Of a stretch of DNA of 64,000 nucleotides, positions 1 through 11,100 are shown piece after piece. The number at the start of each line of letters is the position of its first letter. Within the stretch, counting starts at the first letter, position 1. The DNA comes from Alphaproteobacteria bacterium. Its GTDB lineage: Bacteria > Pseudomonadota > Alphaproteobacteria > JBKEAR01. The stretch spans positions 19,393 to 83,392 of the forward strand of contig JBKEBO010000073.1 of the NCBI GenBank assembly GCA_047973205.1. The letters are read 5' to 3'. Below the pieces are notes generated by a model. That model had not been told where the DNA came from and made no database searches. It saw nothing but the letters and a program-made list of their open reading frames with translations. The translations under genes were made by a program, and so were the position numbers.

Positions 1-552
1 GCTGATAATCCCAATCGAAAATCAGAAGCAGCAGCAACACAACAACCACAGACAAATGCCCAACCGCAGGTTGCTCAAATACAACAACTGCAGCAGCCGC
101 AAAATAATGCCCCAACGCAGGTTGCTCAAACAAAACAACTGCAGCAGCAGCAAAATAATGCCCCAACGCAGTTGGAGAAATCTGTAGAACTTCAAAATGC
201 AATAGCTAAAGTACAGGCAGGTAGCTTTGGGGATGCCCAAAAGGATTTAACGGCTTATGTTGCCGATGAGAGCAGGGCGGATGTGAATGTTGCTTATTAT
301 TGGTTGGGTGAGGCCTTGTTTAGGCAAAGTCAATATGAGCCTGCAGCAATGGCCTTTACAAAAAGTTATAAACAAAATAGTAATAGTAGCATCGCCCCCG
401 ATGCCCTTATTCGGTTGTCGTTATCTTTAGGGCTATTAAATCGTACAGAAGAGGCATGTAAACTACTACTATATGCAGAGACACGTTTTCCGAACGAGAA
501 AGAAAAAATTGCGATAGCTGCTGATGAGCGTCGTCGATTAAATTGTCAGTAG
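1..552 (+). CDS. cpoB: Tol-Pal/cell division coordinator CpoB (YbgF), 5'-truncated by window edge
   Basis: Frame is open from base 1. C-terminal TPR (AYYWLGEALF...APDALIRLSLSL...EEAC). Lies directly upstream of tilS-ftsH, the usual alphaproteobacterial order. Confidence 0.85.
   Translation, partial: ADNPNRKSEAAATQQPQTNAQPQVAQIQQLQQPQNNAPTQVAQTKQLQQQQNNAPTQLEKSVELQNAIAKVQAGSFGDAQKDLTAYVADESRADVNVAYYWLGEALFRQSQYEPAAMAFTKSYKQNSNSSIAPDALIRLSLSLGLLNRTEEACKLLLYAETRFPNEKEKIAIAADERRRLNCQ
67..168 (+). repeat. 51-bp x2 in-frame tandem repeat (Gln-rich linker of CpoB)
   Basis: Encodes QVAQIQQLQQPQNNAPT then QVAQTKQLQQQQNNAPT; a partial degenerate copy precedes it (37-66). Confidence 0.9.
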
Positions 553-554
553 AT

Positions 555-1820
555 ATGGATGTTTATCAGTATCTTTTAAATTACAGTGATTATAAACAAG
601 GAAAAAAAATCGCCATTGCAGTCTCAGGAGGGAGCGATAGCATAGCCTTGTTGACAATGGCATGTGAATCTGTAGGACGTGAGAATATTATAGCCTTAAC
701 CTTTGATCATAGATTGCGAGAAGAGTCGACAAAAGAAGCTGAATTCGTTAGAGATTATTGTCAAAAAATTGGTTGTAAACATCAAACTTTAACTTTACCT
801 AAAGATAAAAGCTTACAAGCCACGCAAAAAGCCGCAAGAGAAATGCGGTATCGTTATTTGCGAAGCTATTGTATTGTTGAGAATATTTCCTATTTGCTTA
901 CGGCTCATCATTGTGATGATCAAATGGAAACCTATTATATACGTTTGCTACAAAATAGTGAGCTTTGGGGTATGGCAGCAATAGCAGATGATTATAATGA
1001 TGGGAATATTCATATTTTACGCCCTTTACTAAGGATGAAATCAGTAGAGCTTAAAGATTATTTGAAACAAAAAGATATTAATTGGGTGGAAGATCCTAGT
1101 AATCAAAATCCTAAATATTTACGCTCCCAAATACGCCATTTGCGTAAAGAAAATAAATTAAAAGATATAGAACTTGCACCATTGCAAACTTATCGTCAGG
1201 CTCTTACAAATATAGTGAATGATTGGGTGGCAAAGCATGTTTTAGTTAAAGGGATAGGGTGTTTGCTTATAACGAAAGAAGCATTTATTCTCCTTTCTTT
1301 GGAGTTGCGTTTACATATATTACGGCTATGTTTGCATTACATCGGCAAAGGGAACTATTTTTTATCATTATCGAAGTTGGAATATATTTACGATGATTTA
1401 TTATCCTCAGATTTATTTTCGGCTGCAGGTTGTTTGAGTTTTAGTGATGATGATTTTATCTATATCCAACATGAATATCGCTCTCAAAAAAGCCGAGATA
1501 TTTTCTGTTTTGATAATTGCTTTACCATATTTGATAATCGATTCCATATTTTTCATCCAAAAAGTAGAGGGGTAGAGCTTATTTATGTGGGAGATTGTAC
1601 AAATAATTCTTCACAGCAAATTGATGTTTTATTGCAGCAGTCAAATAAGAAAAAATATCGCTATATAAAAGCATTACCTATTGTAATATATGAGAAAAAT
1701 AATATTATATATCCTGAGATATTACAAAAAACTTGGAGTGATGGTTCTATAAAGCTTTCGCTTATAGATATTTTAGGAGTTAGCTATTGCCAAAAATACT
1801 TTATAGACCCATCTTTTTAA
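555..1820 (+). CDS. tilS: tRNA(Ile)-lysidine synthetase
   Basis: PP-loop AVSGGSDS, DHRLR, AREMRY, TAHHCDDQMET, EDPSN motifs. ATG at 555 follows the cpoB stop (ORF track starts at 543). Confidence 0.95.
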   Translation: MDVYQYLLNYSDYKQGKKIAIAVSGGSDSIALLTMACESVGRENIIALTFDHRLREESTKEAEFVRDYCQKIGCKHQTLTLPKDKSLQATQKAAREMRYRYLRSYCIVENISYLLTAHHCDDQMETYYIRLLQNSELWGMAAIADDYNDGNIHILRPLLRMKSVELKDYLKQKDINWVEDPSNQNPKYLRSQIRHLRKENKLKDIELAPLQTYRQALTNIVNDWVAKHVLVKGIGCLLITKEAFILLSLELRLHILRLCLHYIGKGNYFLSLSKLEYIYDDLLSSDLFSAAGCLSFSDDDFIYIQHEYRSQKSRDIFCFDNCFTIFDNRFHIFHPKSRGVELIYVGDCTNNSSQQIDVLLQQSNKKKYRYIKALPIVIYEKNNIIYPEILQKTWSDGSIKLSLIDILGVSYCQKYFIDPSF

Positions 1821-1900
1821 TATATTTTATTTAAAAGCCACCCCAGAATGAGCATCTGCAAATATGCATGTTTATTCAAAGAAATGAAAGAGTAAGAATC

Positions 1901-3868
1901 TTGAATAAAAATAAAAATAATTTTAACCTTTGGATTTTTATTATCGTCGGTCTTATGGCGATGTTTTTTGTCTCACAATTTACAGAAACAACAACGCAAA
2001 AAAGCAAAGAAATCGGTTATTCTGAATTTTGGGCTTCCATGGATGCAGGGCAAGTTTCTAAGGTTACATTAACAGGCAATGAAATATCAGCTCTTATTGA
2101 TGGTCAAGAAAAAATTACCTACTTACCACAAGGTGAGCGTGATTTTTACTCAAAAGTAAAAGAAGCTGGTAAGGATGTTGAATTTGTAAGCCATCCACCA
2201 AGAGAACGTGGATTTTTAAGCACAATGTTAACTTTGTGGGTGCCAACAATTTTAATCTTTGGTTTCTTTTGGTGGTTCTTATCTCGTCAGATGGGTGGTG
2301 GCCGTGGCGGTGTTATGGGCTTTGGTAAATCCAAAGCAAAAATGCTTGAACAAACACAAAAAAAGGTGACATTTGATGATGTTGCAGGTGTGGATGAAGC
2401 ACAAGAGGAACTTTATGAAATTGTGGATTTTCTAAAGAATCCTAAAAAGTTTCAACAACTTGGAGGGAGCATTCCTAAGGGATGTTTGCTTGTTGGACCT
2501 CCAGGTACAGGTAAAACTCTTTTAGCTCGTGCAGTTGCAGGCGAAGCAGGCGTACCATTCTTTTCCATATCAGGCTCAGACTTTGTTGAAATGTTTGTTG
2601 GTGTGGGGGCTAGCCGTGTACGTGATATGTTTGAACAAGGCAAGAAGAATGCACCTTGTATCATTTTTATTGATGAGATTGATGCGGTTGGTCGCCATCG
2701 TGGAGCTGGACTTGGTGGTGGTAATGATGAGCGTGAGCAAACATTAAACCAAATTTTGGTAGAGATGGATGGTTTTGATTCGAATGAAGGTGTGATTTTA
2801 ATTGCGGCAACCAATAGGCCAGATGTTCTTGATCCTGCGTTATTACGTCCAGGACGTTTTGATCGACAAATTACTGTACCAAGACCTGATGTTTTAGGGC
2901 GTGAAAAAATCTTACAAGTCCATATGAGAAAAGCACCTTTGGCTGAAAATGTGAGTGCCAGAACATTGGCAAGAGGTACACCTGGATTTTCGGGTGCAGA
3001 GCTTGCAAATTTAGTAAATGAAGCTGCATTATTGGCTGCTCGTGAAAATAAAAAAGTTGTTTCTATGGCTGATTTCGAAAAAGCTCGTGATAAAGTCCTT
3101 ATGGGCCCAGAACGTAAATCTTTAGCCATGATTGAAGAAGAACGTGTGCTAACAGCTTGGCATGAAGCTGGCCATGCGATTGTCCAGTTGAATGTAGCTG
3201 ATATGGATCCTCTTCATAAGGTTACAATTATTCCTCGTGGTCGTGCTTTAGGGGTAACTATGTCGTTGCCAGAAAAAGAATATTTATCGATGAATCGTAT
3301 TCGTTGTAAGAGCCGCCTTGCAATGACTTTTGGTGGACGTGTGGCTGAAGAGCTTGCCCTTGGCCATGATAAAGTTACCAGTGGGGCTATGGGGGATATA
3401 CAACAAGCAACAGGGCTTGCCAGAGCAATGGTTACGGAGTGGGGCTTTTCGGAAAAATTAGGTCCTGTGCGTTATTCTAGTAATGAACAAGAAGTCTTTT
3501 TAGGCCATTCAGTTGCCCAACAAAAAAATATGTCTGAAGCAACAGCTAATTTAATTGATGAGGAAGTTCATCGGATTGTTACAGAAGGCTTAGAGGATGC
3601 AAGACGTATTTTAAACGAGAAATTTGAAGACTTACGTAAGCTTACGGAAGGTCTATTAGAATATGAAACATTGTCAGGAACACAAGTGAATGCCTTGCTT
3701 AGTGGTGATGCAGTTGAAGCTGAAGCCTTAGGAGCATCATTTAAAGAAGGTGATATTAAAGAGACTTCAGTTCCTGAAACAATTGGGTTTGATCCAACAA
3801 TACCATCAGTACAAGAGACATCTGAAAACATAGATTTTGAGGCTCCTGAAAATGGTACAACCCATTGA
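1901..3868 (+). CDS. ftsH: ATP-dependent zinc metalloprotease FtsH
   Basis: Two TM segments, Walker A GPPGTGKT, Walker [17 protein letters not shown] zinc motif. Start TTG 1901 preferred; ATG 1868 is possible. Confidence 0.98.
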   Translation: MNKNKNNFNLWIFIIVGLMAMFFVSQFTETTTQKSKEIGYSEFWASMDAGQVSKVTLTGNEISALIDGQEKITYLPQGERDFYSKVKEAGKDVEFVSHPPRERGFLSTMLTLWVPTILIFGFFWWFLSRQMGGGRGGVMGFGKSKAKMLEQTQKKVTFDDVAGVDEAQEELYEIVDFLKNPKKFQQLGGSIPKGCLLVGPPGTGKTLLARAVAGEAGVPFFSISGSDFVEMFVGVGASRVRDMFEQGKKNAPCIIFIDEIDAVGRHRGAGLGGGNDEREQTLNQILVEMDGFDSNEGVILIAATNRPDVLDPALLRPGRFDRQITVPRPDVLGREKILQVHMRKAPLAENVSARTLARGTPGFSGAELANLVNEAALLAARENKKVVSMADFEKARDKVLMGPERKSLAMIEEERVLTAWHEAGHAIVQLNVADMDPLHKVTIIPRGRALGVTMSLPEKEYLSMNRIRCKSRLAMTFGGRVAEELALGHDKVTSGAMGDIQQATGLARAMVTEWGFSEKLGPVRYSSNEQEVFLGHSVAQQKNMSEATANLIDEEVHRIVTEGLEDARRILNEKFEDLRKLTEGLLEYETLSGTQVNALLSGDAVEAEALGASFKEGDIKETSVPETIGFDPTIPSVQETSENIDFEAPENGTTH

Positions 3869-4922
3869 TAGCTTACTTGCTTTTAGGTTTTCACAAAAAG
3901 ATTGTGGAAGCCTTGAGCAAAAGATATTATTACATCCAAGGGGGATAGATGCGTGGGAACTTATCTTACGTAGTGCAGCGACAATGCAAAAATATGAGCT
4001 GTCCGAAAGAGAGCTTAGTATATGGGCTGAAAAACAGCCTCAGCAACTACAAGATTATATCCAACAGCGTAAAGTGATTTATCAACGAAGAGATTTTCGT
4101 TTTTGCGGACTAACAAAAAATTCCCCATTTATTATGGGAATTGTGAATGTTACTCCTGATAGCTTTTCGGATGGAGGAGATTTTTTATTACCTGATACCG
4201 CAATCAGAAAAGGCCTAGCCTTAATGGGTGAGGGGGCTGATATTATTGATGTTGGTGGGGAGTCAACAAAACCAGGAGCCATAGAAGTTTCTCCTGAGGA
4301 AGAAATGCGGCGTATATTACCTGTTATTGAGGGTTTAGCTTCTGTAGGGGCTTTAGTATCAGTTGATACACGCCACGGGCAAACTATGGAAGCTGCAATT
4401 AAAGCGGGAGCAAAAATAGTTAATGATATTTCGGCCTTAACTGATGATGCAGATGCTTTAAATATTATTCAAAAATATGAAGATGTTTCGATTATTTTAA
4501 TGCATAAACAGGGCCAACCTAAAACTATGCAAAATGAATATCATTATCATCATGTAGTCTTAGATGTTTATGATTATCTGCTTAAAAGAGTTCAAATTTG
4601 TGAACAAGCAGGTATTGAGCGTAGTCGCTTGAGTGTTGATGCGGGTATTGGTTTTGGTAAATCGGTACAACATAATTTGGATTTAATGGGACGTTTAAGT
4701 TTATTTAAAAGCTTAGGATGTTCTGTAACTTTAGGGGCAAGCCGTAAAAGTTTTATTGCAGCGGTTAGCCGTGATGTTCCACCAAAAGAGCGACTTTGTG
4801 GTAGCTTAGCAGCAGCTCTTTGGGCAGTATCACAAAAAGTGGGAATATTAAGGGTTCATGATGTGGGTGAGACAAAGCAAGCCTTAGATGTTTGGCTTTC
4901 TATTCAAAATGCAGGATATTAA
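3852..4922 (+). CDS. folP: Dihydropteroate synthase with N-terminal extension
   Basis: [49 protein letters not shown]; ftsH-folP-glmM order. Confidence 0.95.
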   Translation: MVQPIDSLLAFRFSQKDCGSLEQKILLHPRGIDAWELILRSAATMQKYELSERELSIWAEKQPQQLQDYIQQRKVIYQRRDFRFCGLTKNSPFIMGIVNVTPDSFSDGGDFLLPDTAIRKGLALMGEGADIIDVGGESTKPGAIEVSPEEEMRRILPVIEGLASVGALVSVDTRHGQTMEAAIKAGAKIVNDISALTDDADALNIIQKYEDVSIILMHKQGQPKTMQNEYHYHHVVLDVYDYLLKRVQICEQAGIERSRLSVDAGIGFGKSVQHNLDLMGRLSLFKSLGCSVTLGASRKSFIAAVSRDVPPKERLCGSLAAALWAVSQKVGILRVHDVGETKQALDVWLSIQNAGY

Positions 4923-4937
4923 GAAGAAGAGGTAAAA

Positions 4938-6284
4938 ATGACACAACGTAAATATTTTGGTACAGATGGTATTCGTGGAAAAGCCAATATATATCCTATG
5001 ACAGCCGAAGTTGCTCTACGCACAGGTATGGCGGCGGCAAAATTTTTTGGCCGTGGAGAGCATCGACACCAAGTAGTTATTGGCAAAGACCCTAGACTGT
5101 CAGGCTATATGTTAGAGCAAGCCTTAACGGCTGGATTTTTATCCATGGGGATGAATGTTGTGCTTGTTGGACCTATACCAACACCAGGTATAGCCATGCT
5201 AACACGAGCATTAAGATGTGACCTTGGTGTTATGATTTCAGCTTCCCATAATCATTATACAGATAATGGTATTAAACTTTTTGGTCCTGATGGTAATAAG
5301 CTGAGTGATGAGGCCGAAATGACCATAGAATCACTTATAGAGACTATTGGTAATGAGGACTTGGTTACTGGAGATAAATTAGGAAGAGCTCGCAGATTAG
5401 ATGATGTTTTAGGACGTTATATTGAATTTGCAAAACAGACTTTTCCTAAAGATTTACGCCTTGATAATTTACGTATTGTTATTGATTGCTCTAACGGAGC
5501 AGCCTACAAAGCAGCACCGAGTATATTATATGAATTAGGAGCCGAAGTTATTGCTATTGGTGTTTCTCCTAATGGGCAAAATATTAATGAGGGAGTTGGT
5601 TCAACTGCTCCTAAAAAAATGCAAGAAGCTGTAGTGGAATATCGTGCTGATATTGGTATTGCTTTAGATGGTGATGCAGATCGGGTGATTATTTCTGATG
5701 AAAAAGGGCAGATTATTGATGGTGACCAGCTTATGGCTACAATTGCTCTGAATATGAAAGAGCAAGGGCAGCTCAAGAATAATGCTCTTGTAGCTACAGT
5801 AATGTCCAACTTAGGCTTGGAGCGTTTATTAGAGGCTCAAGGTATGAAGTTAATACGCACCGCCGTGGGTGATCGCTATGTTTCTGAAGAAATGAAAAAA
5901 GGTGGTTATAACATTGGTGGTGAACAGTCAGGGCATATTGTTTTAAGCGATTATTCAACAACAGGTGATGGCACATTAGCTGCTCTACAAATATTGGCAA
6001 TTATGGCTCGCACAAAAAAGAAAGCAAGTGATGTTTGCAAACAATTTACACCTGTACCACAAATATTAAAAAATGTTCGTTTTGATAAAAATAACAATCC
6101 TTTGGAAAAAGAAGAAGTCCAAAACTATATTCGAAAGGTAGAAAAAGAGCTTAAAGGAAAAGGACGTTTGTTGATTAGAAGCTCAGGAACAGAACCTGTT
6201 ATTCGTGTGATGGTTGAAGGAGATAGCCAAAAAGAAATCACCAATATTGTTGATAATGTAATTAAGATTGTTGAAAAGGCATAA
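4938..6284 (+). CDS. glmM: Phosphoglucosamine mutase
   Basis: [17 protein letters not shown] phosphoserine loop, DGDADR, GGEQSGH, RSSGTEP. Confidence 0.97.
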   Translation: MTQRKYFGTDGIRGKANIYPMTAEVALRTGMAAAKFFGRGEHRHQVVIGKDPRLSGYMLEQALTAGFLSMGMNVVLVGPIPTPGIAMLTRALRCDLGVMISASHNHYTDNGIKLFGPDGNKLSDEAEMTIESLIETIGNEDLVTGDKLGRARRLDDVLGRYIEFAKQTFPKDLRLDNLRIVIDCSNGAAYKAAPSILYELGAEVIAIGVSPNGQNINEGVGSTAPKKMQEAVVEYRADIGIALDGDADRVIISDEKGQIIDGDQLMATIALNMKEQGQLKNNALVATVMSNLGLERLLEAQGMKLIRTAVGDRYVSEEMKKGGYNIGGEQSGHIVLSDYSTTGDGTLAALQILAIMARTKKKASDVCKQFTPVPQILKNVRFDKNNNPLEKEEVQNYIRKVEKELKGKGRLLIRSSGTEPVIRVMVEGDSQKEITNIVDNVIKIVEKA

Positions 6285-6287
6285 ATA

Positions 6288-6611
6288 TTGGCATGGATTT
6301 ATCTAGTTATTGCAGGGATTTTTGAAATCGGCTGGCCTTTAGGCTTTAAGCTCTCACAAGTTTATACAAATTTACGAATTTGGGGAATTGTTATATCTGT
6401 GATTTGTATGGCATTTAGCGGACTATTTTTATGGTTGGCTCAAAAGACTATTCCTATAGGAACTGCTTATGCAGTTTGGACGAGCCTTGGGGCAACAGGA
6501 ACTTTCTTAATAGGTATATGGCTTTTTGGTGATGCAGCAAGTTTGCTACGTTATTTTGGTGTTTTCCTTATTTTGACAGGTGTAGTTATCTTAAAGCTTG
6601 CCGCTCACTAG
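6288..6611 (+). CDS. SMR/DMT family small multidrug transporter (SugE/Gdx-like)
   Basis: 107 aa, 4 TM, MAWIYLVIAGIFEIGW with membrane Glu13, IPIGTAYAVW. Confidence 0.88.
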   Translation: MAWIYLVIAGIFEIGWPLGFKLSQVYTNLRIWGIVISVICMAFSGLFLWLAQKTIPIGTAYAVWTSLGATGTFLIGIWLFGDAASLLRYFGVFLILTGVVILKLAAH

Positions 6612-6655
6612 AGAATAAAACTAAAAAAGACTCTAAATATTATGCAATATGTAAA

Positions 6656-6687
6656 AAAAGCCCTTCATTTTTATGTTAAGGGCTTTT
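6656..6687. terminator. Bidirectional intrinsic terminator
   Basis: aaaagccctt...aagggctttt stem flanked by A/T tracts, between convergent genes. Confidence 0.75.
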
Positions 6688-6698
6688 AATTTTTAGGA

Positions 6699-7259
6699 TT
6701 AGAACGGTGGTGGTTCCTCATTGAAGGGCTCTTCCTCTTCGCTTCCACTGATACTAGCAGGCCGAGGTGGTGGTGGTGGGACTGTAAGAGCTTTACCGCT
6801 TTCAAGAGAGCTTGTGGTTGTGGTCTTTTCAGATGGCATATCCTCACCATCTGAAAGGCAATCAAGTACGTAAACATCATAAAGAGTATTTTCAAAAGGT
6901 GAGAGCGAAGGGGCTGAAGCAAACATCCATCCTGAAAAAATCTCTTTTTGCGAAGAGGTTTCTTTGACTTTTAAAAAAGCTCCACTCTCAGGAACAAATT
7001 CAGGAGGACGTTCCTGACAGGCATATATGCTAATCTCTAAATCCTTGAACTTCTTCGTTTCATTCACGTTAATATTCAGGCGTTCAGAACGCCCTGAAAT
7101 TTTATTTAAGATATTTAAAACAACAATATCTTGTTTTATTACAGGAGGAGTATCTTCTTGACCTTGCTCAGAGATAATATCATCTAAGTTATCAGAATAT
7201 CCACTTAAAGCCATAAGGCTTAAAGAAACAAAAGGTAAAGAATGAAGTAATTTTTTCAT
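6699..7259 (-). CDS. DUF2155-family exported protein with Pro-rich tail
   Basis: Signal peptide; LNKISGR, ACQERPPEFVPESGAFL, IFSGWMFASAPSLSPFENTLYDVYVLDC match my recollection of DUF2155. Confidence 0.85.
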   Translation of the reverse strand: MKKLLHSLPFVSLSLMALSGYSDNLDDIISEQGQEDTPPVIKQDIVVLNILNKISGRSERLNINVNETKKFKDLEISIYACQERPPEFVPESGAFLKVKETSSQKEIFSGWMFASAPSLSPFENTLYDVYVLDCLSDGEDMPSEKTTTTSSLESGKALTVPPPPPRPASISGSEEEEPFNEEPPPF

Positions 7260-7262
7260 ATT

Positions 7263-7661
7263 TTAGGCATCAGGAACCCAAGCATCAAATTCTTGAGATG
7301 ATTTTTGGGCTTTCCCTCCTTGTTGAAGACCTTTTGGTAGGATAGCATCTTTTGTACCAGTCGGGTTTGCCATGGCTTTTTGCTCCCATGAATGCTTATC
7401 TTTGGTATCCAAAGGCTCACTTGCAATATGATGTAACCAAATATTCCACTCAGCAGGGACAGCAGAAGCTTCAACACCAAACTTTAGAAAGTCTTTACCA
7501 TAAACAACCCAACGCTTTTCGCGTCCCCATTTACCAGGTTTGCATTGAGTAACTTGCCACCAATGTTTACGAGGAGTGGCATAGTAGTATTTATTTCCAT
7601 AATCGTCTTCTCCCTTTTTTTTGCCATATAAAAGAGTAAAGAGCTTTGTTGATAGACTCAT
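7263..7661 (-). CDS. NADH:ubiquinone oxidoreductase NDUFA12 (17.2 kDa) family protein
   Basis: GEDDYGNKYY, KRWVVY, EASAVPAEWNIWLHH, NPTGT motifs. Confidence 0.9.
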   Translation of the reverse strand: MSLSTKLFTLLYGKKKGEDDYGNKYYYATPRKHWWQVTQCKPGKWGREKRWVVYGKDFLKFGVEASAVPAEWNIWLHHIASEPLDTKDKHSWEQKAMANPTGTKDAILPKGLQQGGKAQKSSQEFDAWVPDA

Positions 7662-7937
7662 ATTTGTTAAATCCCTAGCTATATAATTTTTATCTTTTTA
7701 AGGTACGAAATTCTTATTAGAATGTCTAGTTGAAAATCATATATTCAGTAAAATTTAGATTCGCTTTACAGATAGTCTCATAAATTTGACTGTAAATATT
7801 TTGTGTTTTAGGTTTTATAGAAAAATAAATTATATTTTTATCTTATAACTTATTGAAATATAACCATATATTAATGATGTTTTTTAGATAAAAATCTAAA
7901 AAATTATGTTTTATTGCTTGTCAAGCACTCTTTAATG

Positions 7938-7966
7938 TTGATTAAATTTTTCTAAAAAGATACATT
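7938..7966 (+). promoter_or_regulatory. Candidate sigma70 promoter for nrdJ
   Basis: TTGATT-17bp-TACATT; the -10 overlaps an imperfect dyad aagatacatttatatgtctt (7957-7976). The region is AT-rich, so chance matches are possible. Confidence 0.35.
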
Positions 7967-8181
7967 TATATGTCTTGATTTGATATAGAGCGTTTTTTCC
8001 AAATCAGATAAAAATTTAAGAAAACAATGAATCTTGCAAGAAAGCGAGACTATTTACATGAGCCGCAAAAAACAGATTTGTCTTTTGTAGGATGGTGCAT
8101 CTTCTTGAATTATAATAAATTAAGCTTTTTAAGAGTTTAAAGAAGAGAGAAGAGTTATAACCCAATGCAAGGAGCCTAACG

Positions 8182-11100
8182 ATGCGTATTGAACGGAACT
8201 TTACACGTGAAGATCACTGTATTTATGATCTGATAGAGTTTACACATAAAAATAGTGAGATTAAAAATCCAGATGGATCTATTGTGTTCGAAGCAAGAAA
8301 CTTCGAGGTTCCTAAAACATGGTCACAAGTGGCTGCAGATATTATTGCTCAAAAATATTTCCGTCGTGCAGGTGTGCCAGCCTATTCTAAAAAAGTAGAA
8401 GAGGAGGGTATTCCCACATGGCTTCAGCGTAGTGAACCCGATACAGAACGTCTTAAGGATTTACCAAAAGCTCAACGTTTTGTGGGTGAAAATTCAGCTA
8501 AACAAGTTTTTGATCGCCTTGCAGGAACGTGGACTTATTGGGGATTTAAGAATAATTATTTTGATAATGAGGAAGATGCCCGTAGTTTTTATGACGAGAT
8601 GCGTTATATTTTAGCCATGCAGATGGGTGCTCCAAACTCCCCCCAATGGTTTAATACAGGACTTCATTGGGCTTATGGTATTGATGGCCATGCTCAAGGT
8701 CATTATTATGTCGATCCTCAAACAAAAAAACTTGTAAAGTCAAAATCTTCTTATGAACATCCTCAGCCTCATGCCTGCTTTATTCAAAGTGTTAAGGATG
8801 ACTTAGTTAATGAAGGCGGCATTATGGATTTATGGATTCGTGAAGCTCGCTTATTTAAATATGGCTCAGGTACAGGCTCAAACTTTTCTCATATTCGTAG
8901 TGAAGGTGAATCTCTATCTGGAGGTGGTAAATCATCAGGATTGATGAGCTTTTTAAATATTGGAGATCGGGCTGCAGGTGCTATAAAATCGGGTGGGACA
9001 ACACGTAGAGCAGCTAAGATGGTGATCGTTAATGTAGACCACCCCGATATCGAAGAATTTATTAATTGGAAAGTGAGAGAAGAGCAAAAAGTTGCAGCCC
9101 TTGTAGCAGGTTCTAAAATTACTAATGCAGCCCTTAAAAAAATTGTTGTGGCATGTCAAGATACAGATGAAGATGATCTTTTTGCCCAAAATGCTTATGA
9201 CCCTCAAGTTAATCGTAAACTTCGTCGTGCCATTTTGGATGCCCGTGCTGCTATGATACCTGAAAATTATATTCAACGCGTAATTACTATGGTAAAGATG
9301 GGGCATGACAACGTTGATTTCCCTACATTTGATACAGATTTTACTTCAGAAGCTTATAGTACAGTTGCAGGACAAAACTCTAATAACTCCATTCGTGTTA
9401 CAGACGACTTTATGCATGCCGTTAAAAATGATAGCAAATGGCCTTTAACATCACGTACAGATGGCTCTACAGTTAAAGAGATTTCAGCCAAAAAATTATG
9501 GGAAGATATTGGCTATGCTGCTTGGGCTTGTGCTGACCCTGGTATTCAGTTTGATACAACGATTAATGATTGGCATACTTGCCCAAAATCAGGTCGAATT
9601 AACGCATCAAACCCATGTTCAGAATATATGTTCTTAGATGATACAGCTTGTAACTTAGCTTCGATTAACTTGCTTGCCTTCCAAAAATCAGATGGTTCTT
9701 TAGATATTAATGCCTATACCCATGCAGTACGTTTATGGACTATTGTTTTAGAACTTTCTGTGGTTATGGCTCAGTTTCCCTCTAAAGATATTGCAAGACT
9801 TTCTTATATGTATCGAACCACAGGTTTGGGCTATGCCAACTTGGGTGGGTTTTTAATGTCCGCAGCAATTGCTTATGATTCTAAAGAGGCACGTGGTTTT
9901 ACCGCAGCGGTTACAGCTTTGCTTACAGGTGTGGCCTATAAAACATCAGCCGAGATGGCAAAAGAACAAGGGGCTTTCGAAGGCTTTGCCGAAAATAAAG
10001 ACGATATGCTCCGTGTGATGCGAAATCACCGTCGTGCGATTTATTGTGAAAAAGATACTTATGAAAATCTTCATGTTCACCCCCTAGTTGCTAATGAAGC
10101 TGATATTACTGATAAAGAACTTCTTGCTGCAGCGAGAGGAGCATGGGATGATGCTTTAGAGCTTGGTAATCTTTATGGCTATCGTAATGCTCAGGTTTCG
10201 GTAATCGCTCCAACAGGCACAATTGGTCTAGTTATGGATTGCGATACAACAGGGGTTGAGCCTGATTATGCTTTAGTAAAATTTAAGAAGCTTGTAGGTG
10301 GCGGATATTTCCGTATTATCAACCAGTGTGTACCTAAAGCTTTAAAACGTTTAGGTTACGAGCAAGATAAAATTGAAAATATTATTCGTTATGCCGTTGG
10401 CTATGGTAGTCTTAAAAATGCACCTGCCGTTTCATATGAACAGTTAGAAGAAAAAGGCTTTAAACATAAGCAAATAGAAATTATTGAAGAGGCTCTCAAA
10501 GATGCCTTTGATATTCGCTTTGTCTTTAACAAATGGACATTAGGTGAAAGTTTCTTGACCGAGGAGCTTGGTATTGATAAAGCCTTATTAGATGACCATC
10601 AATTTGATTTATTGAAACATTTGGGCTTTTCCAAACAAGAGATTGATGCTGCCAATAATCATGTTTGTGGCACTATGACTGTTGAGGGGGCTCCTCACTT
10701 ACAAGATGAACATTTGCCTATCTTTGATTGTGCAACACCTTGCGGACGTTTGGGTAAGCGTTATCTTTCAGCTGAGGCTCATATCTTGCTTATGGCAACA
10801 GCTCAGCCTTTCTTATCCGGAGCTATTTCTAAAACAGTAAATATGCCTGCAGGAAGTACAATTGAAGAATGTATGCAAGCCTATGAGCTTTCATGGAAGT
10901 CAGGTATTAAAGCGAATGCTCTTTATCGTGATGGCTCTAAACTGTCGCAACCATTATCAGCCGTTGCTCTTGATGATGATACAGATGAAGAAGAGCTTAA
11001 GGCTGCAGAGGTTGCAGAACAACCTCAACCTGATCAAGCCATTTATATGGCTCAAAAACAGATTAATCAGATTTGGAAGCCTAAACGTCACCAACCACCA

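Noticed and set aside
22-240. 72-aa minus-strand ORF with Leu-rich repeats
   Set aside because: Antisense shadow of the cpoB Gln-rich repeat.
2452-3129. 225-aa antisense ORF in ftsH, and similar shadow ORFs in glmM, nrdJ, ilvD, aldB, accC, the TRAP permease and recJ
   Set aside because: Fully nested opposite or out-of-frame to well-conserved genes, with no recognisable motifs.
7791-7990. Possible NrdR boxes or cobalamin riboswitch upstream of nrdJ
   Set aside because: Best NrdR-like match (tgtaaatattttgtgt) is about 11/16 in very AT-rich DNA; no B12-box core recognised.
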